This document shows positions 18,501 through 25,500 of a DNA stretch of 64,000 bases, piece by piece; position 1 is the first letter of the stretch, and the number at the start of each line of letters is the position of its first letter. The position numbers and the translations under genes are program-made. Source of the DNA: Candidatus Nanoarchaeia archaeon (GTDB lineage: Archaea > Nanobdellota > Nanobdellia > Jingweiarchaeales > Jingweiarchaeaceae). The stretch lies in assembly GCA_038874075.1 (NCBI GenBank), contig JAVZDD010000001.1, positions 8,701-72,700 on the forward strand, in the 5' to 3' direction. A model generated the notes under the pieces. That model worked only from the letters and a program-made list of their open reading frames with translations, did not search any database and was not told where the DNA came from.

Positions 18501-21105
18501 TGGTTCGTACTACCCGATGAGATTTTATGGGGAAGCGAAGGATGTCGCTGGCAATCCTTATTACATCGAATTTAATTTCTACAGACCTGGAAAAACAGAT
18601 CTACTTTTCAATGTCACAAGCAATCAAACAGGAATCTATGATAAGAACATTAGTGCTAGATTGTATGATATTGAAGTAAAAGCATTTGGAAATAAAATTA
18701 AGTTATATGGTACCAATCTGACAAAGTTCAACAATAGTGGTCTATACTCACCTTTAATATTGGATGATATTGCTGGTGCTTATATTGGCTATGGTGCACT
18801 TAGAGGATTATATGTTGATATAATAAACACAATTTATTACGTTAGTGGTAGTTTAATGATCGATTTTGCTGGAATACCCATCCATTCAATAAATTGGGTT
18901 GGAGTGTATAAGTGTAATAGCTTTGATAGATACAACAAAAAATGTAATCCTAGCGGTAATATTACAAATCCTTGGAATAGGATTGGTGGAGCAATCATTG
19001 GATATACAGCAAATATAAACTTGAGCTCATTTTCAGCATACGCTGCTGCTGAATATATTTGTGGAAATGGAATTTGTGAAAGTGGTACTGGTGAGAGTAG
19101 TGCAAATTGTCCAATTGATTGTCCAACCGAAGTTCCAACACCACCAGGTGGTGGTCCTGGAGCACCGGTGATACCAACACCAACAGTAAATCTAACAAAC
19201 ATCACAGAGGCACTTGTCAATATCACAGAGAAGATTGAGGAACTTATACCAATTCCATCAATGACTGTGATCACAAAATCAATATATGTTGTTTTGTATC
19301 CTGGTGAATATAAAATAGAGTCGATTGATATCACAAACAATTTGAATAGGAAGATAAAAGTAAATATTTCAGTCGAAGGTGCTGCATGGGAATTTGTACA
19401 ATTCGAGAAAACTGAATTCGAAATTGATCCGAGAAGAATTGAGACGATTAATATAAAATTGTATGCATTACCAACTGCACTACCTGGCATTTACACAGGT
19501 AAACTAATTGTTAAAACTGAAAACTTGACAAGCATCATTCCAATTACAATAAAAGTTGAGCTCGCAAGGGAAGCACTTCTTGATATCAAAATTGAGACAA
19601 TAACAAAGGTAATTAAACCAGACGAGCCACTACAATACCGTGTATCATTGTATAATATGGGTACTACAAAGAAGGTGGATGTAACGATAAATTACTCGAT
19701 TAGAAGTATTGAATTTAATAGAACAATATTGAGTCAGCAGGAAACACTAGCGATAGAGACTTCGCTCTCATTCAGAAGATCAATAAAACTACCAAACGAC
19801 ACAAAGCCTGGCAAATTCATCATAGAAGCAGTCGCGTATTATGACAATAGAACTGCAAGTTCCATCGACACATTTGATATTGCTGTAACTCCGTTCGTCG
19901 TTAATATATTCTGGCAGATTTTCACATCACCCTTCACTTATGCAATCATTGCAATTGTCATTGCGATTTATTATGGCAGAAAGTACTATTTGATGTGGCT
20001 CGCAAAGAAGAAGGCAGCAGCTAGATACATCTTCCCTGTTAGCTTCAATAAATTACCAAAGGCAGGTAGAAGATCCATACTCGTTGGTAAAATTGCTGAA
20101 ACAGAATATCCTGCTTATTTTGACATAGACAACCTGACAATGCACGTTGTAGATGCTGGAGGTACTGGTGCTGGAAAATCAGTTTCAGGAATGATAATTG
20201 CTGAAGAACTGTTGAAGAAGGGCATTCCTGTAATCGTATTTGATCCAACACTGCAATGGACTGGTTTTATAAAACCTTGTAGAGATAAGAAGATGCTGGA
20301 GAAATATCCAAAATTTGGATTAAAAACGAGTGATGCGAGGGCATTTCCAACGAACATAATTGTAGTCACAGACCCTGAGATGGATATTAACATAAAGGAA
20401 ATTGCAGCCAGGAAAGGTGAAATAACGGTGTTTTGTTTGAGTAAGCTCACGCCTGAGCAGTTGGATAAATTTGTAAGAAGGACGATAGATGCAATATTTG
20501 ATGTTAGTTGGAGTGAATCAAAGGAATTGAGATTATTAGTTGTTTACGATGAGGTGCATAGATTACTGCCGAAATACGGTGGAAAGGGTGGTTACACCGC
20601 GCTTGAGAGGGGATGTAGAGAATTTAGGAAATGGGGAATTGGATTGTTCATGATATCGCAGGTATTGATGGACTTTAGAGGAGCGATAAGGGCAAACATT
20701 GGGACGGAGATACAGCTAAGGACGAAATACGAAGGTGATATTGGAAGAGTGAAACAGAAATATGGTCCAGAGTATTCAGCAACACTTCCAAAATTAAGAA
20801 TAGGTAGTGCAATGGTGCAGAATCCGGATTACAACGATGGTAAACCTTATTTCATTGAATTTAGACCATTATTACATGATACATTCAGGATAACAAATGA
20901 AGAATTAGAAACGTATAAGAAATTACAAGAATCAATTAGTGAAATAGAGAAAAAAATTAAAGATTTGAAGGATAAAAAGATAGATACATATGATATAGAG
21001 ATAGAATTGGGACTTGCAAAAGAAAAATTGAAACAAGGTTTGACACATATGGCCGAAACTTATATTGAATCGATGAAAGAAAAATTAAAGCGTTTGGAGA
21101 AGTGA
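6517..21105 (+). CDS. Giant (4862 aa) glycosylation-sequon-rich surface protein. It has an N-terminal triple-TM anchor, a DUF2341/LamG-like head, tandem repeat modules, a penultimate TM helix and a C-terminal cytoplasmic HerA/FtsK-type (DUF87) ATPase domain with a coiled-coil tail
   Basis: Uninterrupted 14.6 kb ORF in an AT-rich genome where stop codons are frequent by chance; consistent codon usage; very high density of N-x-S/T sequons; repeated domain architecture; motif details listed in the sub-features below. Confidence 0.85.
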   Translation: MVNMKRDKAFYVVLVLVLFIFLSISFTNQMIAQILLLLVLSSFIFIRVNVIPNKKAISRVVLYLIVIIFFVFYQFYFSRLIDVVFAATVWNFVSPTPTNNTCTTQGPINATVIDGSPSLCKLYVSQNPGSGWSIHEMSLTLGSPNYCYNGTWWQSVSNGRWYYKVNMTDVNGVSSFSNGDYERTFVLDTANPSVTANPTKYPPGQTRAKNGDNVTFNVTVIDSTIAPCGVKNVTVHLSLGFNCTQGEILNLIKYGATDYYVGNCTVDATNEGTYYLPVYAYDNVDHLNDSVQVTVSVDYTPPTVTITSPTNTQYNTSSINLTFTANDNIASTMTCQRTLDGVTTLIGAVNNNTENTTIMNLEPGVHQVNVTCWDDAYNNGTSSTITFGVWRYIYANVTRNPEAPANLSRVPGCSIPTSITWNVTDIKDEFDNPINGTLLNVTWRGNTVWNGNIYTWWNKSWQRRKPITISNVNTSDLIDYQVVMNITYDNDMQSDFSDIRFTWYNKTSGVEVEIPYWIENKSDSNWVYVWVKIPIIYASSNTTIYVYYKNTTLVSSKSNGRDTFDLFDDWESGIVNTSYWTTGGSVSPYWITHTSTKYQGSYSSGNNDIGDLQISWIKKSINLLMPGKLEFYWSVSSESCCDFLYYCIDNDGCTRTSGYISRIAGTVGWTFVNYNLTAGTHSIKFAYEKDISVSYGSDTGWIDFVKVRKYVYPEPTSSIGTEEQIENLNLLPLSGVFDIPNDNVLGESDDFLNITITKPYYFAYTNNSSDYHIQGVLNQSGSLISWTPSGSAIDNFEPSIEGGPSVSASYLIRDDLSVTLTENTHYIKTNYGDWNASDNNAGDTIIPNTTFTGINNYCGTVTFSKSYLVHGKISDISSIIWSPSGNNIDRFYGGSYGGPDVSYGSLVVIDNKGNVVAPTNYSENKIGDWNASDNNAGDVIISNLNITSKLDAGSCGTLNCYWHGYVNQTKSYTVWANLTIKSVAPPNATIVYRSNCNTPYNVTLRVNLTDDKGNLVSGANTIIYHPSGTCSVNDENNGYYNCTYDPSDTIVPGLYTWTAEASKNYYYNTGNATLLYLEIRGCSNINITQPLNTSSFNRSQTMDIKVNITDEFNQPVSDVGVTCELTKANGVKVYPNCIYNLSSYLWEANYTFANDDPVGIWYLKVNVSGSYSYAEKIYEITLFGKLNVTSVLTKDKVDRGSDWGYGTIALLNASINDESGPVSDVYVKFYANDNFIGENTTDSSGIARLYWDPDDNLNVGAYKIEVEAYKTYYYNDTSKSLNNYTDVYGKLFVRNVSSPVNVDRKNNYGYGTIAILEVNVSDDLYVPINASTVEFYINTSVVGTNTSGVNGYYKYNWDPDNNLNPGIYVFYANARDVQYYHNYTDTVPNSTITVWGKLNITSFGFTDKEIYRIGESTVLSVNVSDENDVAVNNAIVSFVRDSSIINVTNTTNGYASYTYDPSDTITPNNYTMYVNVSKQYYYNDSKQDWLLIKGKINLTIISPNTGQKFYRNNTVQLNSNVTDENNVEVSPDWSEWKKIFPTQEVISNQPDYDWNIPYNYPKGLLSIQFNATKMYYDIVGAIPSVDITIWSKANVTILNSPQDLNRGNNITIVARVSDHFTNENLGGYDIGWFVNDVNIANYTTAPDGTSSYYWITNCSYDVGVNWINATIGNDTSNYIDANIANSKIDIHLIGNLSTSIISPHLDSLYHINDVIQLNSSTIDDCNNYVIPVVTWRNETDVIQSGINATWTIPLTYNKGPTNITIYANKSYYYNATNSTRIIIYRWVNITDLNPINVTYPVGTIINFTCFVRDANLSLGIENYPVNFYKNGVLQNVSYTNTSGLALWIWNTTNELSNNYTIKCNITDNATLYLNKSHPYEQQGNITIERRLWIINISVDNRTIYRNDTWAILNNLPYATNITVEVWDAAINPASNVIVHFFNSTNEMGNCTTNSDGKCSVIFNPPDTIIVQNYTILINATKIGNDPSFTENTTIEILGVLRINASNYPTGLDVNYENETIEATIEHDILITDVILNITLPNSTVISSQMQSMGNNNYVLNYTPKINGTHSYFVYAIDASNFLNQSSTAYFTAYRNTTLSTKHAPQLITITNMTYFNTQQLQVSLNVTNLGPSSAYYTNLSVQTPSGWISNYNGNCGLIKDGESCLRTVDITVPSNTSPGIYYLNSNTTWMNPDNTYSYITNVTTVNVTSNPLLNISQNSIGVVVQHNSYNITIFTVQSIGNDNLSNIQFDCYTGIVCTNFSVSFSPSSISFLGRGNSQDVNVNVSVPLGFAMGNYTGIIRANATSSVCNPSSNCWDEVEINIEVPPSSTWYAEEKNFSLARVNTSSTGFIGNITINNTGNTPIQFTWEAYGNISYMLIGENITVENQTVKNMTISYSIPHTLNDTNNTPAFYAGGIRIIAINGVPQSMNFSVNFSVYDTFAPNINNFSLDSNFIDINYGVLGITANVTDNVKVQSVYVEFSRPGKKFSNLMTNVYDDIYYYSCKADGSCIDALGIWNIKISTFDTANNPENPPPGYNVNSSGYLQVEVVGNTSVDILTIPVINVSNITQGYVYEFNITPIFNNTFKGTAFYSNLSLNISYPLTIDNVSTKTINFGNVSRYSAVNQTLLVKIPSGTVPGTYLINYNASWMNADNTHNSNINQTTINVLSNPLLNIVEDYILTTIAHGSSNATTFNLSSYGNDNLSNIEITCVSGTVCTNPCFDVLFDKNYLNLSAGNSSIVTVSVNVGLGCSPGNYTGIIRANATSSVCNPSSNCWDEVEINVSVLTSPTWGITPNYLSQIVYDNSSGNLIDILVNNTGNVQINLSITLSGNATTPTQLINVTETDVSVDKVSTKNVTVTYDIPNNQIPGIYQAIITFTNTSSPANPTQVNVTIYIDVRDPYSPTISNPNLSKTALEANFESLTINATITDNVAISEAWVNITLPNMSNNIIFMNNIGDNLYSTTYKPPIGGSYGVTIYANDTSNNIASMYAGSFNVIGKTTGNLKQTPTSISFNNITYLQGAQFDVHLNITNVGNTTMRYLNLTVLVPQDEYDCENGKCKWNFTCSGLNCNGSGISCGNLTINESCDGNFTIFVPKGTSGGTTNNIFGAAFWLDPDLTIGNTTNYTSVTVASNPVINVTPLVVSNSIEQGKISVLGSINISSYGNSPLYTMNYTSVGGNLPYAWLSFAPEIVNIPVGVRRNLDISVSVPFGQNPGIYNTTLIVNATGSAPFCDPSSSYYNPNSKCWEFVNLSLNVPENWSWSRYPSSDYIIVPITTSGQINITVNNTGNMDINFEVQYSGDTSILDPFRPTSLFSPKQSSNLLQVGYNGTISGLYNVLIKLVNLSIPSPYPKEQTTNITLNVTNVPPNIQNVSIAPSILDVNYQKVNISAVVTHPASSVYVWANITKPDNSITTIPMSGVGNTYSATYTPEQEGMYGVTIYANESRDGLMSSSGIYNFLAFATTSLELISIPNETAVYKITQYDGNITNLNITVRNTGMATAYNTVVSLQAPQGWTLIPTMINYGNITRNSANSTIVTITIPKGTPPGNYYVNLNLSWMNPNNVVSTVTSNVRFEVAQNPFANFTTKEASSVTLDGYSNYTILTLNSTGNIDATDISISCVSGPCSNLSTTISPPFISYLAIGNTRDINISFSVPVGYPAGTHVIGINAFTPINSDAANISITVPPNYSWNRTPSSIFARVGVSENYTTTEIGRIEVDNLGNIEMFFNITIDNSTYIYPNVTVLQVPRQSKGVVGVRTVVPSERGTHNATITIINNLTKEEMNTTVNLEVTELRVNVISPISNELRPVKLNDTLEVFANVTYQGVPLTDGVNWTIELSNAIYGITKQCDVNNATYQTDRWRITCIIPETRDATLYDLVVSAYAYDPSINTISSSTRTNAIFYEDITPPKFVGVNISSVQPNEIAVIKVNVTDNVAVSDAWVEIMYPNYSTTSANLTYIENLWQMSFNDTSQIGDYELKIYAKDNSNNLNQTYSWFGSYYPMRFYGEAKDVAGNPYYIEFNFYRPGKTDLLFNVTSNQTGIYDKNISARLYDIEVKAFGNKIKLYGTNLTKFNNSGLYSPLILDDIAGAYIGYGALRGLYVDIINTIYYVSGSLMIDFAGIPIHSINWVGVYKCNSFDRYNKKCNPSGNITNPWNRIGGAIIGYTANINLSSFSAYAAAEYICGNGICESGTGESSANCPIDCPTEVPTPPGGGPGAPVIPTPTVNLTNITEALVNITEKIEELIPIPSMTVITKSIYVVLYPGEYKIESIDITNNLNRKIKVNISVEGAAWEFVQFEKTEFEIDPRRIETINIKLYALPTALPGIYTGKLIVKTENLTSIIPITIKVELAREALLDIKIETITKVIKPDEPLQYRVSLYNMGTTKKVDVTINYSIRSIEFNRTILSQQETLAIETSLSFRRSIKLPNDTKPGKFIIEAVAYYDNRTASSIDTFDIAVTPFVVNIFWQIFTSPFTYAIIAIVIAIYYGRKYYLMWLAKKKAAARYIFPVSFNKLPKAGRRSILVGKIAETEYPAYFDIDNLTMHVVDAGGTGAGKSVSGMIIAEELLKKGIPVIVFDPTLQWTGFIKPCRDKKMLEKYPKFGLKTSDARAFPTNIIVVTDPEMDINIKEIAARKGEITVFCLSKLTPEQLDKFVRRTIDAIFDVSWSESKELRLLVVYDEVHRLLPKYGGKGGYTALERGCREFRKWGIGLFMISQVLMDFRGAIRANIGTEIQLRTKYEGDIGRVKQKYGPEYSATLPKLRIGSAMVQNPDYNDGKPYFIEFRPLLHDTFRITNEELETYKKLQESISEIEKKIKDLKDKKIDTYDIEIELGLAKEKLKQGLTHMAETYIESMKEKLKRLEK
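6544..6780 (+). other. N-terminal triple transmembrane anchor of the giant protein
   Basis: Three hydrophobic helices (FYVVLVLVLFIFLSISF; IAQILLLLVLSSFIFI; VVLYLIVIIFFVFYQFYF) separated by short basic loops; positive-inside rule places the following ~4400 aa outside. Confidence 0.6.
7870..8660 (+). other. DUF2341-like domain followed by LamG/concanavalin-like domain
   Basis: WWNKSWQRRKPITISN...DFSDIRFTWYNKTSGVEVEIPYWIENKSDSNWVYVWVKIPIIYASSNTTIYVYYKN matches the W-W-x-YR...DIRF...YWIE...VWVK...YVYYGN signature of DUF2341; the following ~150 aa has the LamG-like pattern usually paired with it. Confidence 0.55.
13393..13479 (+). repeat. 87-bp near-identical direct repeat, copy 1 (in-frame, encodes GNYTGIIRANATSSVCNPSSNCWDEVEIN)
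   Basis: ggtaattatactggaattataagggcgaatgcgacaagtagtgtttgtaatccaagtagtaattgttgggatgaagtggagataaat recurs at 14773 with one mismatch. Confidence 0.9.
14773..14859 (+). repeat. 87-bp near-identical direct repeat, copy 2
   Basis: One mismatch (acaag vs acgag) relative to 13393-13479; flanking sequence diverged. Confidence 0.9.
19061..19135 (+). other. Cys-rich knot module (CGNGICESGTGESSANCPIDCP) followed by a Pro/Gly/Thr linker
   Basis: Pattern C-G-N-G-x-C-E-x-G-x-x-E-x-x-x-x-C-P-x-D-C; the same pattern occurs three times in the Cys-rich protein at 54130-55269. Confidence 0.5.
19921..19980 (+). other. Penultimate transmembrane helix separating the extracellular region from the cytoplasmic ATPase domain
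   Basis: FTSPFTYAIIAIVIAIYYG followed by basic RKYYLMWLAKKKAAAR (positive-inside). Confidence 0.7.
20020..20880 (+). other. Cytoplasmic HerA/FtsK-superfamily P-loop ATPase domain (DUF87/AAA-like, related to VirB4/TrbE/CedB-type ATPases)
   Basis: Walker A VDAGGTGAGKS (20155-20181) followed by GIPVIVFDPTLQW; Walker B LLVVYDEVHRLLP (20534-20560); EFRKWGIGLFMISQ (the EGRK-G...SQ motif of DUF87); terminal PYFIEFRP beta-strand pattern. Confidence 0.8.
20881..21102 (+). other. C-terminal coiled-coil tail of the giant protein
   Basis: Heptad-like K/E-rich sequence NEELETYKKLQESISEIEKKIKDLKDKK...KEKLKRLEK. Confidence 0.5.
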
Positions 21106-21110
21106 TAAGG

Positions 21111-22532
21111 ATGGAATTAAATTTACCTTTTTTGAAGAGGGAGGAAAAGGGAGAAAGCGAAGAGGAGAAAAGGAAAGATAGGGATAATAATAAAAAGGAG
21201 GAGGAAAAGAAGAAGAAATTGACTGAAGCAAAGACTGTGGGTGAGATGGCTGCAATCTTGCAGGAAATTCCAGTGGAAGATGAGGAAGTGAAAGAGGAAG
21301 AGAAAAGGGAAGAAAAAGCTGGCATAGAAATTGATCCAAAGCAATTGTTTATAGAAATTGAAAAAATGAAGGTTGAGATTGATGGAATAAAAGAAGATAA
21401 GACAAGAATTGAGGAAAAAATTGATAGATTCGTTGAGAGTATTGGTGAGCTTAGAAGTCTGTTATCACAAAGGGAAGTGTCATTCAAGGAACAGGAAATA
21501 AAGCTCAATAAATTAGTTGAAATTGTGGGTGAAATAGACCCAACAAAGTATGGCGTAGAGCTAAAAAAAATTGAAAAGGATGTTTCTATTCTACAAGCAA
21601 GAATAGAAAAATTGGAAAGAATAAGTGTTGATTTAGTTAAAGACTTACAATCGCTACGGGATATCTTGGATAAAGTGAAGGACATCTCTACTATAATGGG
21701 AATGAATAGGGAATTAAGTGAAAAATTAGCGAAGATTGAGGATATTGGAAGTAAAGTGGAAAGAGATACAAATAAAGTTGAAAAAATGTACGCTGAAATT
21801 GATAAAAAAATTATGGATATACCGATGCTAAAAGAAAAAAATGAGAAGTTGGATGGACTTTTAAAGGAGCTTTTGATGAGTGTTGATGAAATTAAAATCA
21901 GATTAGATGCTTGTATAAGTAAAGATGACCTTGATTCATTAAGAGAAAGTATGAGGGAAGAAACGAGAGTACAAGTCGAAGATTTAAGGAAAGAGATTGA
22001 GGAAATGAAAATATCAAAACCTGTCGAAGAAAAAATCGAAGAGATTAAGAAATTTCCAAGTGAAAGTGAGATCGAGGAATTAAAGAGGGAGAGGGAAGAA
22101 ATAATCAGGTTTTTGAGCGCGCTTGAAGATGAATACAGGGAAGCCACAATCTCTGAGAAGAGTTATCAAGAAGCAAAAGAAAAAAACACGGTAAGATTGC
22201 ATCAAATTGAAAAGAGATTGAAGGAAATAAAGGAGATGGAAGAACAGATGGAAATTGAGAAGCAAATATTTACTGCGAAAAAAGCAATTGATGAGATAAA
22301 TCGGGTGAGTGAAGAGTTAAATAAGAAACTTACTGATATTGAGAAAAAATTAACAAGTGTTGATTTACTTGTATCTGACATCCAGAACATTAAAAATAAA
22401 TTAACGCAGTTGGAGGAAAGCGATAAAAAAATTATAAGTGATAGCACAGCATTATCAAATCAATTTAATCAAATAAAATCGATCTTTGAAAAAAGACTAA
22501 AAGAAATGTCAAAAATTGTGGAAGAGTTATAG
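21111..22532 (+). CDS. Long coiled-coil protein (E/K-rich), immediately downstream of the giant gene
   Basis: ~474 aa dominated by heptad-like E/K/L/I repeats, no TM; ATG at 21111 preferred over GTG at 21102 that overlaps the giant gene's stop. Confidence 0.6.
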   Translation: MELNLPFLKREEKGESEEEKRKDRDNNKKEEEKKKKLTEAKTVGEMAAILQEIPVEDEEVKEEEKREEKAGIEIDPKQLFIEIEKMKVEIDGIKEDKTRIEEKIDRFVESIGELRSLLSQREVSFKEQEIKLNKLVEIVGEIDPTKYGVELKKIEKDVSILQARIEKLERISVDLVKDLQSLRDILDKVKDISTIMGMNRELSEKLAKIEDIGSKVERDTNKVEKMYAEIDKKIMDIPMLKEKNEKLDGLLKELLMSVDEIKIRLDACISKDDLDSLRESMREETRVQVEDLRKEIEEMKISKPVEEKIEEIKKFPSESEIEELKREREEIIRFLSALEDEYREATISEKSYQEAKEKNTVRLHQIEKRLKEIKEMEEQMEIEKQIFTAKKAIDEINRVSEELNKKLTDIEKKLTSVDLLVSDIQNIKNKLTQLEESDKKIISDSTALSNQFNQIKSIFEKRLKEMSKIVEEL

Positions 22533-22541
22533 TGATTTTTA

Positions 22542-25500
22542 ATGCTAAGATCATGGAAAAGATTGGTTATATTAGCGATATGGTGCTTATTCTTAATTAG
22601 TTTTTCAAAGGCTGAATGGTGGAATACTTCATTTCATTACAGAGTACCAGTTAATATAAGTACTGGAAACTATAACAGGACTGAATGGCCGATTGAGATA
22701 AGAATAAACTTTACACAATTAATTTATGATCTAAAGGGTAGATATGAGATATTTGATAATAATTCTATTCGTGTCATAGAATATGATTCAGATGGTTATG
22801 TAATAAATGATAACAACGGACTTGGAATCGTCTCACAATTTGACGAAGATGAAGATTACGATGCAACTTATAATGCTGTTGGTGAATTGGTCTTTCTATT
22901 AAATGGAACAACACCTGCTAATACCACCAGGTACTTTTACATTTATTTTGATACAATGGAAAATCAAAAACAACCTCCAAGCTACCAGACAAATTTGACA
23001 TATGTGTGGGATGATGAAGAATTTAATGTGAATAACTCAATTTACAGACTTTGGATTGATACGCTTAGAAACGATAATACATCCGGAATATATAAAGTAA
23101 ATTTTACAGATGGTAGACTGCTCACCGAAATTGCGCCAAGCGGAAGAACGCTTGAGTATGTTAGTTATTGGAATTCAACAAACCAATTCATGTATAACCT
23201 TTCCCACCAAATGAAAATTTTGTATGCAGGACCGGTAAGAATTGTTGTAGAACAGTTGGGAAATGAATCACTTTGGAACTCTAATGTTCAAACAAACCAA
23301 ACAAAATTAAGGAAGAAGTATGTCTTCTATGAGAAAAATCAGTGGATAAGGATAAATGAAACATTAAGTAATGTGCATACGACAGATATAGATAGGTGTT
23401 CGAACGATCCAACATATATACCTGGTGCTCCTGGAACAAGTGATTATATATACGCACTTGCGATTGACGCGAGGAGAGGAAATTTCTATGGAAATGCATA
23501 CGTAATAAATGATTGGGTATCTGTCTTTAATTCAAGTACTGCTGTTGGTATGGGTGTAATACTTTTATATAATTCAACACCAAACTATTTTGTAGACTAT
23601 AGTGACACTTGGGGTAGGATTGGAGTACAGTTGGACAATACAACAATTCCAATTAATGAAAGCATTTCTTTCTCTGCTATTTTGTATTTTAATAACATTT
23701 CTTCGCATAGCCCAATTGAAGAATTGAGGAATAGAGTATTTGCTCCTGTTTCCATTTCAATGGGCAATGCAAGCGCATGGTATATAAACATCACAACGAT
23801 AACTAATCACGACGTTTACAATCGAAAAGAAATGGTAAGTATAATTGCAAATGTCACTTCTGATCCTTGGAACCTTGTAAACTATGTAAATGCTACGCTT
23901 GATTTAAATTCTCTTTTAATGCAACTTACTTATGCTGGATTTAAGTATTATACTGGTAATTACACGTTTGCAAACAACGATACGACGGGTGTTTGGAACA
24001 TTACAACAATTGCTTACGATTCATCTTGGCAATTTTTAAATCAATCTTCAAAATTGATAAACCTAACAGATATTTACAACATGAACTTGACGATAAGAAA
24101 CAAGTATGGACCGATCTCAAGAAAGTTGATTACTGATGTGGGTATAAAAAATTATAGAAATGATACAAACATTGTTGGTATTCCGCAGTCAAATTTCAGT
24201 TGTAATTTAACAATTTTAGAATTTTCTGAAATCGGAAATGGCTTATACAACCTAAATTTTACTGCTCCAATTGAAATCGGTAATTATACATTATTCTGTA
24301 ATATAAATTTCAACGGAAACGTTGGCAATTCAACTGACAGCTATATTACAGAAGAAAATAAGACGCAAGTGAGTATTGAACTTTTACCAGACAATATCAC
24401 AGCCACAAATATCACTTCAACGAATTCACAGATTTTTGAGATGAATTTAACAGCAATTAACCTCAGAAATGGTACGGCATACAAAGCTAACATCACGATT
24501 TCTCTACCAACAAATTGGAGTGCAACGCAAACATTTTTCAATTGTGGTGATATTGCACCGAGTAACAATTGCACTATATATTTCAATGTGACGATTCCAA
24601 GTAAGACCCATTCTGGAAATTATGTAGTAAATGCGACGATTGCTTGGATGAATCCTGATGGATCAATAAATCAAACGAGTGACTTTTCGAATGTAAATGT
24701 TACATCGAACATTACTCTCTATATTCCTGAAAATGAACTAATTGCAGTGGTTGAGCATGGGAGAAATATGCAGATTGGAAACTTTACCTTAAATTCGCTT
24801 GGCAATGATCCTGTATCAAATATTAGTTTTTCATATCAAATTGCTGAAAACATATCCATCATCTTCACACCAAGTGATATTTCTTATTTGGATTCTGGAG
24901 AATCTATTGTTGTATTTGTAAACGTTTCTGTTCCGGCTGGCTACGCACCTGGAAATTACATAGGAAACATCACAATAGATACCGAAAACGATGGAAGCAA
25001 AACATTGTTATTGAACATAGATGTGCCATTGAACAGAACTTGGACAAGGATCCCAAGCGCATGTTATAAATATATAGCTGCACCTGTGGGTTTTGCATGC
25101 AATATCACAATAAATAACACAGGAAACGCTGAATTAAATTTTACCATACATCCAAATGCGACTTCCGATTCAATGGTAAATCAAACATGGCCGAATGTGA
25201 CGAGCATCTTCTTAGAAAAACAGACTTCTTATGTGCTGCCAATCTTTTATAATATCACTGGATTAAACAATGGAACATTTCAAACGACATATACAATAAC
25301 AGCAAACCAATCGGATGCAATTCCACAAAATTTAACAACGATCGTTAATATCACAATTTCACTTGGTCCTGAAATAAACATCACAATTTATCCAAGTTTA
25401 ACAGAACAGATGAGTGATATCGTAATAAATGCGAGTTTATATGATAGGTCTTATACTGGGATATCTTGGGTAAAAATAAATGTGACGAGACCCAATGGAA

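Noticed and set aside
18837-19490. 217-aa minus-strand ORF inside the 4862-aa gene
   Set aside because: Lies fully antisense within an uninterrupted, motif-rich sense ORF. Typical shadow ORF in the Pro/Gly-linker region.
20957-22147. 396-aa minus-strand ORF, extremely S/L/F/I-rich
   Set aside because: It is the antisense frame of the E/K-rich coiled-coil gene and the giant gene's coiled-coil tail (GAA/AAG codons read as TTC/CTT). The low-complexity shadow ORF has no start context or motif.
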